A DNA stretch of 64,000 nucleotides from Ramazzottius varieornatus. Taxonomy: Eukaryota; Animalia; Tardigrada. The position numbers and the translations under genes were made by a program. Below, one piece after another: positions 1-12,828 of the stretch. The notes below the pieces were generated by a model. The model saw nothing but the letters and a program-made list of their open reading frames with translations, was not told where the DNA came from and searched no databases. The DNA lies in NCBI GenBank assembly GCA_001949185.1, contig BDGG01000005.1, positions 1,787,249-1,851,248 on the forward strand, read 5' to 3'. Position 1 is the first letter of the stretch, and every line of letters starts with the position of its first letter.

Positions 1-1455
1 CGACGAAAGTTTGCCTAACCACAAACAACGTGGCCGCATGGTGAACGAAGACGAATCTTACGTAGCTGAATTCCCACAGGGGAATATTATGGGACTTTGA
101 AGCTGCGCATGCCGAACAAATACTACGCGGTACAAGACGTGGTTGCAACCTGCAGTAATGTCATGCATAGCGCAACAGCAGAAACCCTGGCCCGGGAAAG
201 AAACGCAGACGTAAAACAGTCAACAACATGGTCCGTCATATCACAGTGCAACCTATCGGCGAAAGGTTGACGGAGAAAGCAGCAACGTTAACAGGGGTAT
301 AGAGAAGAGCGTCAGAGCTTTAAATTCAGCTCGCAGCGTTGACAACCTAATATTGATGGACAAGTTGAAGGAGGACGTGAAGATGATGGGTGCCAAAAGC
401 AGATTGTGATTTGGCCGTAATTGCCACTCTCATCTCTCACGATTGCCCAGTTTGCCGTCCGATGTCTTCCCCCTCCTTCTTACCAACCAAGAAGGGCCAG
501 AGCGAAACAAACTTAGTTACCTTGCACATGCAGTGAAGCTACTGGAATGAAAAGTCAATTGGGCGGAAAACTCAACCGACAAGAAAAAAGAACCATCTTC
601 CTGTTGAACAGGAAACATCCTTCCCCGCGTCTATTTTCTCAAATGTAGTAACCTCTGCCTTAATTAAACTGAAGAAATTCCCAGATCAATTTCTGACCTG
701 AAGGTAATTTGGAGACCGGCAGACGGAACGAGCAATATCGTTGCGAGTACCTGTAGTGGCGCACCCTTCCAGCCAATAACAATGCAAACACGCGCCGAAT
801 GTGTAAGTAACGCCTCCATGCTTCGTCTGCCGACTACCCAAAGTTCGGATATAAAAATAAAATTTGGAAAGAGGAGAGTGCGATCGATGGCCTTGCTCGA
901 TACCAGTAGGTGCAGCTATTACGTTTTCCCGGCCTTTCTTCCGTGAACGTACTTTTATCATAGCCTGCGTGGAACCACACCCCTATACAGTCAGCATGTC
1001 AAGCCTCCAGTAACACTGGGTACCAGGTAAGAAACACTTCTCACATCGACCATTGAAGACCACACTAACTCAAAGATCCACAAAACGCACCGCCTCGGAC
1101 TAGCGTACAGTCCCATTCATGATTATACTGAGTGACGCCACTTGGAGGAGGCAAGGCCTAAATTCTCAAGATGCCTTCTTGACTATCCATTAATTTTAAC
1201 CATCAATTTGCACGAGACATGGTGGTGTGCTACTTAGCACACTGAGGTAATTGACATCTTTACCGAGGGAACGTGAGCTTGTCTTTGCCTGTAAACCAGC
1301 TTCCCAAGCCCAACATTTGCGCACGAGATCTCTTACGCACCACAAAATGGACCAACCGTCGTTTTGCCATCCCGGTGCAGTACGCGTACACCAAGTCCAG
1401 CCATATTATAAAACAATGTTCAACATTATAAAACTAAGCACTTACAGAGAAAAGG

Positions 1456-4315
1456 TTATTTCTTTCCGGTTTTCGACGGACTGGATGAAGATTCGCTGAG
1501 AGATGCGTCAAAGGCTTCGGTCCCTCCACCGTCTTGAACTTGACTTGCTTTCAGAAGGCGGTACAGCGCTACGGCTTCTTTGCTGGTTTGTCTCACGCAA
1601 AAAGCTTGAATTTCAACCAGCAAATCCTGCAAGAAAAAATCACCATTCATACACTATTCAAAATCAAGATGCTAGAAAAAATCTGGAAGCTCTACAACTC
1701 GACTAGATCTTTTTCCAAGTGGCGCAGTTTTCACTGATACTGGCTGGAAGCGTGCGCCACTTGGAAAAAAACGATCTGGTCGAGTTGGTTCGTCGAGCTC
1801 CTGATTGATTTCAATCGAAATTCTATAAAAGTAAACCTGAGCGATAAAACTCTGCGATACTCATACCGGATTTTCAGCAAGGTTCAAAGTCTTGTTTCGG
1901 ACAGCGCTCTGCAGGAAGACGCACACCAGCCGTATCAGCCGGTGATTGTATGCTGATTCGGTTGAAGCGCCACTGTCGCATTTGCGAAGAGCGTAAGAAA
2001 CGTACAGCGGCAAAAAATCAGCGGGGACAATCTTGGCCTAAGTGTAAAAAAGAACAAGTTTATCGATCACGAACATATTCAATAATTCTAAATTATTCGG
2101 TAGAAAGGCGCCGGATATTACTAGGTACTTAACGAATGGGAAAACCGTTGATCCGACTATGAGCTCACCTCGTGCAATCGATTGATCACATCCATCGTGT
2201 GCACGCTAACGTTCGTCTCCAGAAAGGCGTAAAGATATCGCTTGAACCGTCTGTCGATAGAAGAGATCGAAAACAGGAAATTAAAAATTGAAACGGATTC
2301 ATAACAAAATGACATAAGAAAAAGTGAAACCGGCGGCAAAGTTGTAAACTCAATTATTTTTCGTGAACCTGCATACAGCGAACTACGCCCTACAGTATGC
2401 ACAATGTCTGTGTATGCAGGTTCGCGAAAGAAAGGCCAAGCTGCGACTCGTGCTGCTCGCACCCGCTTACATACAGCAAGCGCGTCCTCACTGTCCCCAG
2501 TATGCAGGTACATGAAAGACGACAGATTCCGTTTACCAACCGCTCAGATAACTCACGTTTTCTTTAATGAGTTTTCCGATATCTTATGTACGCGTTTGAA
2601 GATTTCTGTCGCGACGATAGGGTTATGTTCCACGATTCCCAGTATGTCCTGAACCATAACAGCAGGGTGTCGTTTTACACACGTGCTCAAACTAAAGATT
2701 TTCTGAGATAAACAGACCTCGATGGTCATAACAGCTCCCCCCAACAGTAGCGTCTCGTCTTTCTCGTACATGCCCATTAGCGTGTTTTGCTCTTCCATGT
2801 GCAGCGGAGTCCTAACGGATTTCTGAAGCAGCTGAGACACCGACAGCCACTTGGAGGGGATGAAGATGCTCGGATCGAGATGAAGCTTCAACTCGTCCAC
2901 CATTCGCGGATTCAACCAAACGAGCTGAAAGAATAATCCATTTCGAGCAACCAAGCCATAATACAATTAACACAGTACGGAAAATGAGCGTACCTCTTGG
3001 TTACTCAGTGGCATCACTGGCGGAATCGGTCGCATCAGTTCCGGTAAGAAGGCCAAGTCAGGCTGTGGTTTCTGTCCGGAACCTAAAGCTTCGGCGGCTT
3101 CTCGAGCTTGGTCTCCTCCTGCCTGTTTGAACCTGCAACGCAAAACAACCGTTAGACACTACCGTCAACCCGAGAGCGACGTCCAGAAGAAGGCAGAAGG
3201 CGTCAGCGTACCCAGTGACTGTAACATCAGGATAGTCAATGATACAAGAAACTCCCGAGCGATCGATAACGGGAATATGCTGTTGACGTTCAAGAAACTC
3301 TTTGTCGAACTGGGCAGTGTCCATTTCCTAGAAAAGAACAACGATCTATACCTTCAAACTCCAGCGAACGGTTCATGCGGCCCTGTTCGAGAGCATAATT
3401 ACCTGCAGCGCCGAGACGTCCATATTTGTGAAGACAGCCGGGTTTCTGTTGAATATCTAAACCGCGAAAATCTCTCCTTTAGGACTTTTCACAAGTCTGC
3501 AAACTTGGAATGACAAAGCGCAATTTTACATACTTCGAAAGAAACGGCGCCGGAAGCCAATGCAGCAACGAACCATTTTGATCCAGGTGAAAACTTTGTT
3601 AACCCCGGAAGAAACCAGTCCGCAGCGTCGGACAGAAAGCCTGTTCGTATGAGATGCTCTTTCATCTCATCACTGGCGCCCAACGCAATGGCCGACTTAT
3701 CAGCTTTGGCTATGTCTGCGGAGATCTTGCCCTGCTGTTCGGAGTGCTATAAAGCGCAAACACCAACAGCTCAAACACAGCCTTCGACCAACACATCTTA
3801 AGTTAGTTAGGAAAGACTAACCAGAATAACGTAGAAGAGTGGGGCAAATGGATTGGAAGACAATGGCTGATCTTTGAACATGTCGTACAGTAAGAAGACA
3901 GCAATGAGCTGTGAGGCTGCTTTGTCCAGTACACCGCATACAATAAACATTTCCTGCAAGAATAACAACACGTTCAACCTGCAACTGCAAGTGAACTGTA
4001 AAATAAGACTTAGTTAGGAAGGGTAGTGTACCAAGGCTTTGCCAATTCTGTAGTGGTCCGATTTGGAGAACAGTGCGTTGAAGTTCTTGGATATGATATC
4101 GAACGTCCATCCGTCTGACTGCTCTTCGGTGACGAGACTGGAATACAGTGGAATGGTTAGAAGGATTCAATGCAGTGCCTTCTAATCGGCCATTTGCATA
4201 TGCGTATGCATAATAGATATCGACAGGTTTGATAAAGAACATACTTTAGCAGATCCTCAGATTCCTTCGGGCTCAGGAAAGCGTCGAAAGCCGTGGATCC
4301 TACTCCAACTGCCAT
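1456..4315 (-). CDS. CNOT11: CCR4-NOT complex subunit 11 (multi-exon)
   Basis: Exons translate to MAVGVGSTAFDAFLSPKESEDLLK, GIVEHNPIVATEIF, FLETNVSVHTMDVINRL, RLIRLVCVFLQSAVRNK and LLVEIQAFC..EAVALYRLLK. These match the CNOT11 C-terminal motifs (VENNP, SLHSMEVVNRL, RLVRLVCVFLQS, EVQAFC). Internal splice sites were not all resolved. Confidence 0.9.
1687..1801. repeat. Palindromic intronic element copy 1 (CNOT11 intron)
   Basis: TTTTCCAAGTGGCGCA-N26-TGCGCCACTTGGAAAA with CTCGACTAGATC/GATCTGGTCGAG arms. Confidence 0.9.
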
Positions 4316-5087
4316 TTTGGCTGCTCGGCTAGGGAAGGCTGGGAACAGATTCAGAAATTACTTCAAAAAGAAATACAGCTTGCGTCCAGGACAGCTGGGC
4401 AGCCTGGACAGGCCTGCTTGCTGTGAGAATAACTAAACCGATAAACCTCCGACAATGAAAATTAACCGCAGAAGAAAGTTCTCCAGGCTCCAGATACAGT
4501 AATACTTCTGGGAGATGAGATCCAGAAGAGGCACAGGGATGTAGGAAATTCCTACAGTAGGAACATCCAGTGGAGAGAGGAACGGAAACTGCGAGTCTGC
4601 GGTACACCGGATGGCTAACTAACTTAACGATTAACGATTGACGAAGCAGTGATAATCAGCAGACTGCGATTACCGCCGATCCGAAAAGCGACCAAACTCC
4701 CTTGCGATCGATCAATCAATTGCACGACATTTTGGGGCACTGTATCAGTGTTTGAATTTATACTTGACAGCGGTGTCAACCGGAAGTCGCTGTCTGTTGA
4801 CTTTGCCAGATACCTCGAACCTGTAACTTCGATAAGTCGTCCAGACCAGACGTCTAGAATCTCTCCGGAATCCAGTCTTCGTCCAGCAGGATCTTCAGAT
4901 TATACAGATTGTCCACTTGCCGGAGTTACCCGTCGAACCTGGACTTGTTAATCGCTGCAGTGAACTTGCCTTCCAGGTTCCAGCTTCTAAGAAGGATGCC
5001 TGCCCCTTTTCACACCGCTTGGATCAAGCCTTCCTCAGTGCTAAACCCGTATCCTCAGCGGTAGAATAGTGGTTGACGCCGGACAGC

Positions 5088-7405
5088 ATGGCGAAGTCCG
5101 AGTCTCCACGGAGGACACGTCCCGACTTCAACATCTTTCGCACTGTAGCGAAGAATCAGCTAATCCATCTACTTGAATCCGTAAGTGCATCTGGACTGTC
5201 CGAGATGATGAATGAAGGTGAGCAGAAATTTGTAACGAAGCGCTTTGTAGATTGGCGAGCCCAAAGACTTGGTGCTGGATGACGAGCTGATGCGACCACT
5301 GGACAGAATAATCGGCGCTTCCGTATTGAAGGTACTGTAATCGTTATAAACAACACGCTAAAGCTGCAGCCTTAGTATCTTACTGTTGGATGATATTTGT
5401 GCTCGGAAGATCGCGTAATATTGACTGCTATGTGGTTCCTGTGCGATTAGGAACATGGAGTGTCGGCCATATATAAACTTGAAAAAGGCAGTCTTCTACA
5501 AGGATGCGCGAATCGCCTCTACCTTTTCCGGCCAAGCGTCAAGAACGCGGTCATGATCGCCGCGCAAATCCGAGCAGATCAAGCCGCGGAGAAGAACCGT
5601 TCTTACCGGCTGGTCATGACGCCGAGACGCTCCGTTCTTTGCGAGAAGATACTCGAAAGGGAAGGCGTCTATGGAGCAGTGTCCTTCGACGAGTTCCCAT
5701 TGGAGTTCCTGTGTCTTGACGAAGATATCCTGTCCATGGAGTACAACCCCTTTTTCCGGGAATACTTCGTGGTACGTCGTAATTATGCAAAATATCTATA
5801 TGATTGGTTTCGAATTTTGAGTGTGTATGTGTTGTGCAGGACAATAGTTTCAGCTTCTTCCAAACATTAGCCAGCGCCCTGATGACATTCGAAGGACTCT
5901 TCGGAAAGTTCCAAAGCGTTCACACGGTCGGACGATGTGCCAACATCATTTACTGTATGAAGCAGAAGCTTCAAGAAGTGTACGGACATGAAGCCAGTCA
6001 TCGAGTAGAATCGGAAGTTGGTACGCTGATTCTGATTGACCGCGATGTCGACTGTATTTCGGCGGTGCTGTCTCCGCTGACGTACGAAGGCCTTCTTGAC
6101 GACCATATGGGCATATCCAGGTACCACAAACACTTGTGTAAGCGATCATTTTCATTTGTTCATTTTACATCACTTTTATCACTGATTGGTTTTGTGTTTG
6201 TTATAGCGGGACGGTTGACTTTGAAGCATCGTTAGTCGGGCAACCGAAGTCTATCAAATGGATACTAAACTCCCAGGATGAAGTTTTCAAAGACATTCGA
6301 GATCGCCACTTCGCCACTGTCTTCACTCACCTGAGTTCCAAAGCGAAAGAAATTCAGTCCATCTACAACCGGAAGAACGACATGAAGACAGTGAGCGACA
6401 TGCGAACCTTCGTATCAAAACAGTAACAACTTTCCTCACTAACACATCTATTTCATCTACGTTTCAGCGGTAACTTCAACATGGTTTGCTTTACAGTTTG
6501 AAAGGTACGAGTTCGCAACATCGGTCCTTAGGCTTGCACATCGGCGCGTGCGAGTCCATCATGCAGCACAAGTCCTCGACCGGGGACTTCGAAAACCAGC
6601 TCCGAACAGAGCATAACCTTCTTCAAGGGTTCGACATGAAGTTCTGCCAGCAGTTCATCGAAGACTCGGTACTGCGGTGTTTTCCGATGGTGTACGTCCT
6701 TCGGCTCCTGTGTCTGTACTCGTTAACATGGGGCGGTATTCCTACTCGGTTATTCCAGCAATGGAAGAACGATTTCTTACAGGTAGTTCTTTTGAGCGTG
6801 CTGTACTGTAACCAGCATACTTGAATGCCACATAAACATGTGGCTCGGATATATGCAGGATCGTGAACGTTGGCTGATTTGCCTCACTTTGATAATTTTC
6901 ATTTCAGAGTTATGGATATCAGCATCTTCTGACACTCCACAAGCTCAGAAAGGCCGGGTTACTCGTCGAACAGGACTCGGTTTCGACAGTCAGTCTCCCA
7001 AAGATCGGTGTTCGGAAGAGTCGCTTCGCGAGCATCGCCAAGCTTCTCAACCTTCTTCCCAGTCGACAGAACGAGTGCGATCTGCGGAACCCGACGGATG
7101 TCAGCTACCTGTATAACGGTTCGTATACTCCCCTGACGTATCGTTTAGTCGAGCAGTTGCTCCTGGCCGACAGGATACCCGGTTTGAACGAAGCTTTAAG
7201 GAATTTCAGCTATGCGTACCACACGCAGGAAGTACGAAATATCGGACCGTATAGCGATAGGAATGTTCTGGTGTTTTTTCTCGGTGGTTGTTCTTATTCT
7301 GAGCTAGCGGCTCTTAGGATGCTTGGTCGTTCTTTGGAGATTAATATTGTGGTGGCTAGTACCTCATTTTTTGGAGGTGAAAAATTTCTAAAAACCTTAG
7401 CATGA
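5088..7405 (+). CDS. VPS33B: Vacuolar protein sorting 33B (Sec1/Munc18 family), multi-exon
   Basis: PDFNIFRTVAKNQLIHLLES, PKDLVLDDELMRPLDRI, LILIDRDVD..SAVLSPLTYEGLLDD, SLGLHIGACESIM and VLVFFLGGCSYSELAALR. The N-terminus and LHIGACESIM are VPS33B-type. GT-AG introns. Confidence 0.92.
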
Positions 7406-7739
7406 TTTCCTTTTTTCATGTCTTTTCTTGGTTCGAAACTTCAGACTGTCTGCATTCCCGGGATATTTGTGATGGACATGCGTCTCTAAAGAAGTGTGTT
7501 CCGTTGAGGAAACGAACAGCGTTTTAAAATCCGATCAAACCAGAAGTGAAAAGAAAAAGTTCACCAAATCGAGATATCTCGGCACGTACAGCAAACTCTT
7601 GTGTAACAGCTAAGTGTTTTACGCTCAGTAGAAAAGTGACATGAGACTATAGGCAGAAACATTTCTCGACAGGGGAAAACTACCGGAATTTAAAAATTGC
7701 TAGTGTTGTCGATAGGAATAGATCTGGTCACGGCGAGGA

Positions 7740-8765
7740 TCAGTGCGGCTCGGAAGCGAAGAGCCAGCTGGTCCTGGTCTTCGTCGGAGTGGAATTCTTT
7801 GTTGGTGTCCGAACGTTGACTCTCTGACCGAAGTAAACTGCCAGAGGGTCTAGCGAATCTGCAACAGAGGAAAACATAGTCATAAACCAGAATGCGAATG
7901 ATATCCTCCGTGTAAAGTTGAAGGGTGCGTCTTTCACATACCTGCATACCGACATGGTATTGTAAACTCGCAGACTTATACATGTAGGTGGGTGAAAGAT
8001 TTAAACATGAAGCCTACCTTTGCGTGGAGAAGATGGATTTGATGCAAACCGTTGGCGGATCCTGTCCAGATCCACACTTCCCAAGCTCTCGCGGCGCTTC
8101 GGAGTACTGTAGCCAGAGATACTGCTGCGATCATCAACACATGAGTAGCCATTGTCAGTACCAGTGGGAGCGATCTTTCTACCAATACCCACGCTAACAC
8201 GATTCTGTGGAGCGCCCACATATCCCCGATGCTGTTCTTCAGATTCTGACTCCAACTCTGTCATCTCACTATCTCCTCCGTGACCCTCGACACCGCTTTC
8301 TTCTTCAAACACATCTCCATCATCGTCTTCATCAGAGTCATCTGCGTCATCTTCGTTCTCCTCTTCTTCCAGATCGTAAATATCTTCATCATTCGGTTCT
8401 TCTTTGCCATCGTAATCTTCCGGTGGCTCGCAAAACGCTGGGTCGATGGGATTTGGTATAGCCAGTGACATACCGAATGTCGAGGCATCTTTATCAGGTA
8501 GAGTCTTTAGATGACCACGATCCTTCTTAACTGTCAGAGTTGTGATGTCGATCTCGTCGCATTCTCCTTCGAAGCTTCGCTCGTACTTCGCGCAGATGAC
8601 GGACAGATTCTGCCGAACCCGACGACCAGCTAGCTGTGTTCCGTTGAAGCTCCGTTTATCCTGGACGAAGTCATCGAATTCTTCATCAGTCACTTCCGGT
8701 AGACGATGCCGACGGGGAATGTACGGCGCAGGACGACGGCGAGGGACAGCCTTCCGACTTGCCAT
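7740..8765 (-). CDS. Scm3/HJURP-domain protein, putative CENP-A chaperone (exons 8765-8018 and 7858-7740)
   Basis: Residues 48-89, RRVRQNLSVICAKYERSFEGECDEIDITTLTVKKDRGHLKTL, fit the Scm3 motif (I..KY...F....DEID..T.....D.GHL..L). A long acidic tract and S/TP sites follow. The GT..AG intron at 8017-7859 keeps the frame. Confidence 0.7.
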
Positions 8766-9403
8766 CTAACCGACTGGCGTGAGGCTGAAGGTCGGAACAA
8801 CGAAGAAAGGTGATGGAACCTAGGAAGAACAGACTATTCAGCTGCAATCATAGTTTCGATGCCGAGACTGGCTCGAGGTGGAAAAAGCTGGAAGAGAAGT
8901 TAGAGAACATCGGAGACAGGAATCTGGATCAACGAGCTTACGAAGGACACCTTTGTAAGATGGCGGAAAATTTTGGGCTAGCGCTCAGGAACGCGTAGAC
9001 CGAGCCGGGTTCACAGGCATACAAAAGCCAAAAATGTCCAATGCGCAAGTTGAGTGAGTACAGATCTACCCGGCTCGGTGCGATTGCAACACGATCAGTC
9101 TGCAGGTGGGGCCGGGAAGGCGTTCAATTTTTTTTAGTTCACGAAATTTTTGGCCGCAAATGTTTTCGTTTTCGTCAGCCTCAACGGTCTTGTTAAATGT
9201 TAATATACGGTATCTTCTCATGAGTTCTCATAATCTCCATCTAGGAGTCTAGCACCTTGCCTGTCATTGTCGCCATCAAGGAGAAAGGTACAAGGAGTCG
9301 TTCCGCGGGTAATCGCCATCGCTCGTGGGCGGCTAAGGCTGATTGCCGCTAAGTTACGTATGCATTCTACGGTCGGCAGTCGCCGATCTTCTTCTGCTGG
9401 AAA

Positions 9404-11164
9404 ATGGTAAAACTGACGGCGGATGTTATCAACCGCGCGCAGCAATGCTTCAATCCATGCAAAGAACGAATGTTAGATCTACGAGGAGGAAAGATCTCAA
9501 CAATCGAGAACTTGGGAGCAACGCTGGTATGTTCTGTATACTGGACTAACCGTCACCAACGTTAAGTTGTTAACTGGACTATGGCTACGAGGTAAACGTC
9601 ATAATTCGGCCATATCGATTTTCGCACTATAATTCGGGCAACGCGAAAGGTTTGAACATTACCTTCAGTGCTTGATTCATCCCTCATTGTACGTGTGCTG
9701 ATACAACATTAGGCTTTTTAACTTCGGACAGACCCATCTCTATCCCAGGCCAAATTCCCGTATCTACAACGCTTTCCCGTTCTCAAACCTATTGAAACCT
9801 CGAGGAGAGGGATCAGTCTACCTGAGGAAACAAGAAGCGGTTCATTACGCGGAGCAGGAGCTGAGAAAAAATATGCCCGAAATTACGAGTGAAAAACCCC
9901 TGTGCCCGAATTATGTCGTATACCTCGTAGCCCCGTCGCTACGTGCTCGGTTGCTCATTGCTCTTGACGCTGTTTTCAGGATCAGTTTGATTGTATGGAC
10001 TTCTCTGACAATGACATTCGCAAACTGGACGGATTTCCATTGCTGTATCGGATGAAGACTCTTCTCTTAAACAACAACAGAATATGGTAAGCTTCGTTCC
10101 AACTTCCGGTTGCTGTTTTCCGGCTGCAAACGAGCTGGCTTCCTTAACCCACAGTTAGTAATCAACCTGTCGTTTCTGATTTAGCCGGATTGCCGATAAT
10201 CTTCACGAGTCGCTGCCATCACTAAACTCTTTAATCATGACGGGCAACATGATGCAGGAGCTGGGCGATCTGGATCCTCTGGTTACCCTCAAAAAGCTGG
10301 AGTATCTCAGGTAAAGCACAGTCTACATTCCGTTTGTGTGTTCTCCGTGGTAGGAGATCGCTTTGTTGGCGTTGATCATAAATAACGGAATTTTGTACGT
10401 CTGGTCGTTACAGTCTTGTCCGAAATCCTGTCGCCAACCATCAACATTACCGCCTGTACGTCATCCATAAGATTCCTTTCCTGAAAGTGTTGGACTTCCG
10501 GAAGATCAAGCAATCGGTAAGTTGAACTTTCAGCGTATCATCTCTGCCACTTTTATTATTGCAGATGATGTGCATGTGCGCAAGCGAGAACTTGAGTCAG
10601 GACGAAGTGAAATAGCCTATAAGTTACCAGGGCGCGTTAAAGTTGGAAAAAAATGCAATAAAATGGCATCTTGTTTGGTAGGAACGGGATGAAGCGGCTG
10701 CTATGTTCAAAGGCAAGAAGGGTAGGCAGCTGGAGAAAGACCTTGGCCAAAGAACGCAGAACCTTCTGGCCGGCGTACCTGGCCCGGAAGCTTTGTCCGT
10801 ATCTACTTCCGGTCGAACACAGGAGGAAGTCGATGCTATCAAGGTATGTCAATCTTCAACCTGGCAGCGTCATGGTCCCTCGTCATATGCTATCCGGCTG
10901 TAACCGTAATGGTTTGTTCTTATAACAGCAAGCAATCGGGAACGCGAGGTCGCTAGAAGAGATTGAGCGTCTTCATGAGATGCTCCAAGCAGGCCAAATT
11001 CCGGGAACCCAGGTTGAAAGTACCCGCATAGCACAAGGTAAGCCCGCGATCCTTCTTAGTTCTTTCGGACTGCGGGTGTTGTGGAGAGCCTTCTCGCTAA
11101 CGGACACGCGTTAACAGGTGCCAGCAGTATCGTCGAGGAGGAAGACGACATGGAAATAGAATAG
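9404..11164 (+). CDS. SNRPA1: U2 snRNP protein A' (LRR), multi-exon
   Basis: MVKLTADVINRAQQCFNPCKERMLDLRG, IENLGATL, DFSDNDIRKLDGFPLL, NPVANHQHYRLYVIHKIP.LKVLDF.KIKQ and AIGNARSLEEIERL. Confidence 0.95.
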
Positions 11165-11572
11165 CGTGGTGGTTGCTGGCCGCTTGGTTTACCACTCTAA
11201 TCACTCGCCGAAAGACCGTGCGCCGGAGGTACGATGTTATAACTTGACCGAGAGGTGCCAGTTTTTCGCCGCATTCAGTTTCTTGTGCTCGCGGATGTAT
11301 GAATAGTGAACCAGCGTTTCGTTTTTTATTCCTAATATCTAAGTATTCTGGAATGGGTTGACGAAAGATCATGTTCTTAAAAGCGCAAACTTTTCCTTCG
11401 TACGAAAACACAGTACCACTGTCGCAGTGTGGCAAATAAAGACAGTAAACCGATGCAGTATCGTAGTTAAGCTCCATCTGTATAAACCCATTAAAGAGTC
11501 ATGAGTTATGGACGTGTTACCGTATTACGGATAAGAAAGATGGATGACATCGAATAACACTAATGTGAAACT

Positions 11573-12357
11573 TTATTTATGGCCGGTTGCCCTTGCTTCC
11601 ACCTCCTCCACCTTATCGTGGTCAGGGAATGATCGAAACATATCTCGAAGTTTGTCGATGGGCGTGACGATTAGACTGTAGGGGGTCTCGAACAAGGGTT
11701 TCTGAGACATTTCTGGATGAGGCCGAGTTGGAACGAAGTGCTTGGTCCTCTTGAAGTCCTTCGCGGCTTCCATCAGTAGTTCTTCCGACACAAACTTTCG
11801 AACCTGAAAGAAACAATCAGTTTTGCAGCACTGTAAAACCAGAAGAAAGCATCTCACTTGCTTACATGGGCAATATCGTCTCTTTCTTCCTTGTCCAAAT
11901 GCTCTAGCAGCTCGTCCGCCATTCGCACATATCGACTCATATATTCCGGATCTTCGAGCGTGGTGGCGTTCTCCAAGAACTGCAGATCTTCTTTAGTACG
12001 CTGATGATCGTATCGCGAACTGTCAGCCATTCGCCTTCCTTCATCGCCGAGTTCCTTCTCCATTAGGGGATACAGAATCAGCTCTTCGGCCACGGAGTGT
12101 CGAGCTACTTCCCAGGTTAGCTGGTGCAGCCACTTGATGGACTCTTTGGGCTCCGTGGACTGCACTTGCTTACAGAAGGCTCGGATTTCCTTGTGGTCGT
12201 CCAGGATGAGCTCCAGCAAGTTCTGCTTGGTCATGGTCTGGCTGGGCTTCTTATCCGACTGCGTCGCAGACGTATCGGTAGTCAGCATCGCTATGCGGTG
12301 GAAGTACGAGACCTGGAGGGATGGAGAAACCAGTCTAACGAAAGTCCGGGCCAGCAT
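11573..12357 (-). CDS. Hemerythrin HHE cation-binding domain protein with N-terminal presequence-like extension (intron 11865-11804)
   Basis: Di-iron ligand pattern DDH...HSVAEE...DH...HLDKEE and C-terminal PTRPHP...PIDKLRD. A 62-nt GT-AG phase-0 intron joins the two ORFs. Confidence 0.88.
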
Positions 12358-12828
12358 CCGGAAGAACTGTTACAGAAACTGTTCGTGAAACAAAACACCA
12401 GGGAAGACGAGGTCACAGAACTTTGCAAAATGGGAATTTTTGGGGAGAAACACAGTTGAAACATTGCCATCGAACAGCTGAGCTGGCTCACCCTGATGAT
12501 ATCTCGGTCAAAACCTTTTAATCAATCGATCAATTAGCGACTGTTTGTTAGATCACTGCGGCCGTTTTACGTTGTGGCAGGCCATAGTTGACGATTGACG
12601 AAGGTTATTAGAGCAGTGTTCAAAATTTCTTGTGAACCTGTCTTATGCACTGCTGAAAATTTCCATCTGGCTTCTCAGTATTTCCGCTAGACTATTGTGG
12701 AACAAGAAGCAAGATACTGAATTGTAAGGAGGCTGAAGAGAGGGAACGTCTGCTGGAGCAGTCGTCTTCTGTTTGTTTGCTCGACGCTCACGGTCGCTGA
12801 GCGCCCTCGTCGCTCCTAAAGATCAAGA

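Noticed and set aside
1-1450. Short ORFs, including Cys-containing 686..961
   Set aside because: No recognisable domain and no consistent exon chain.
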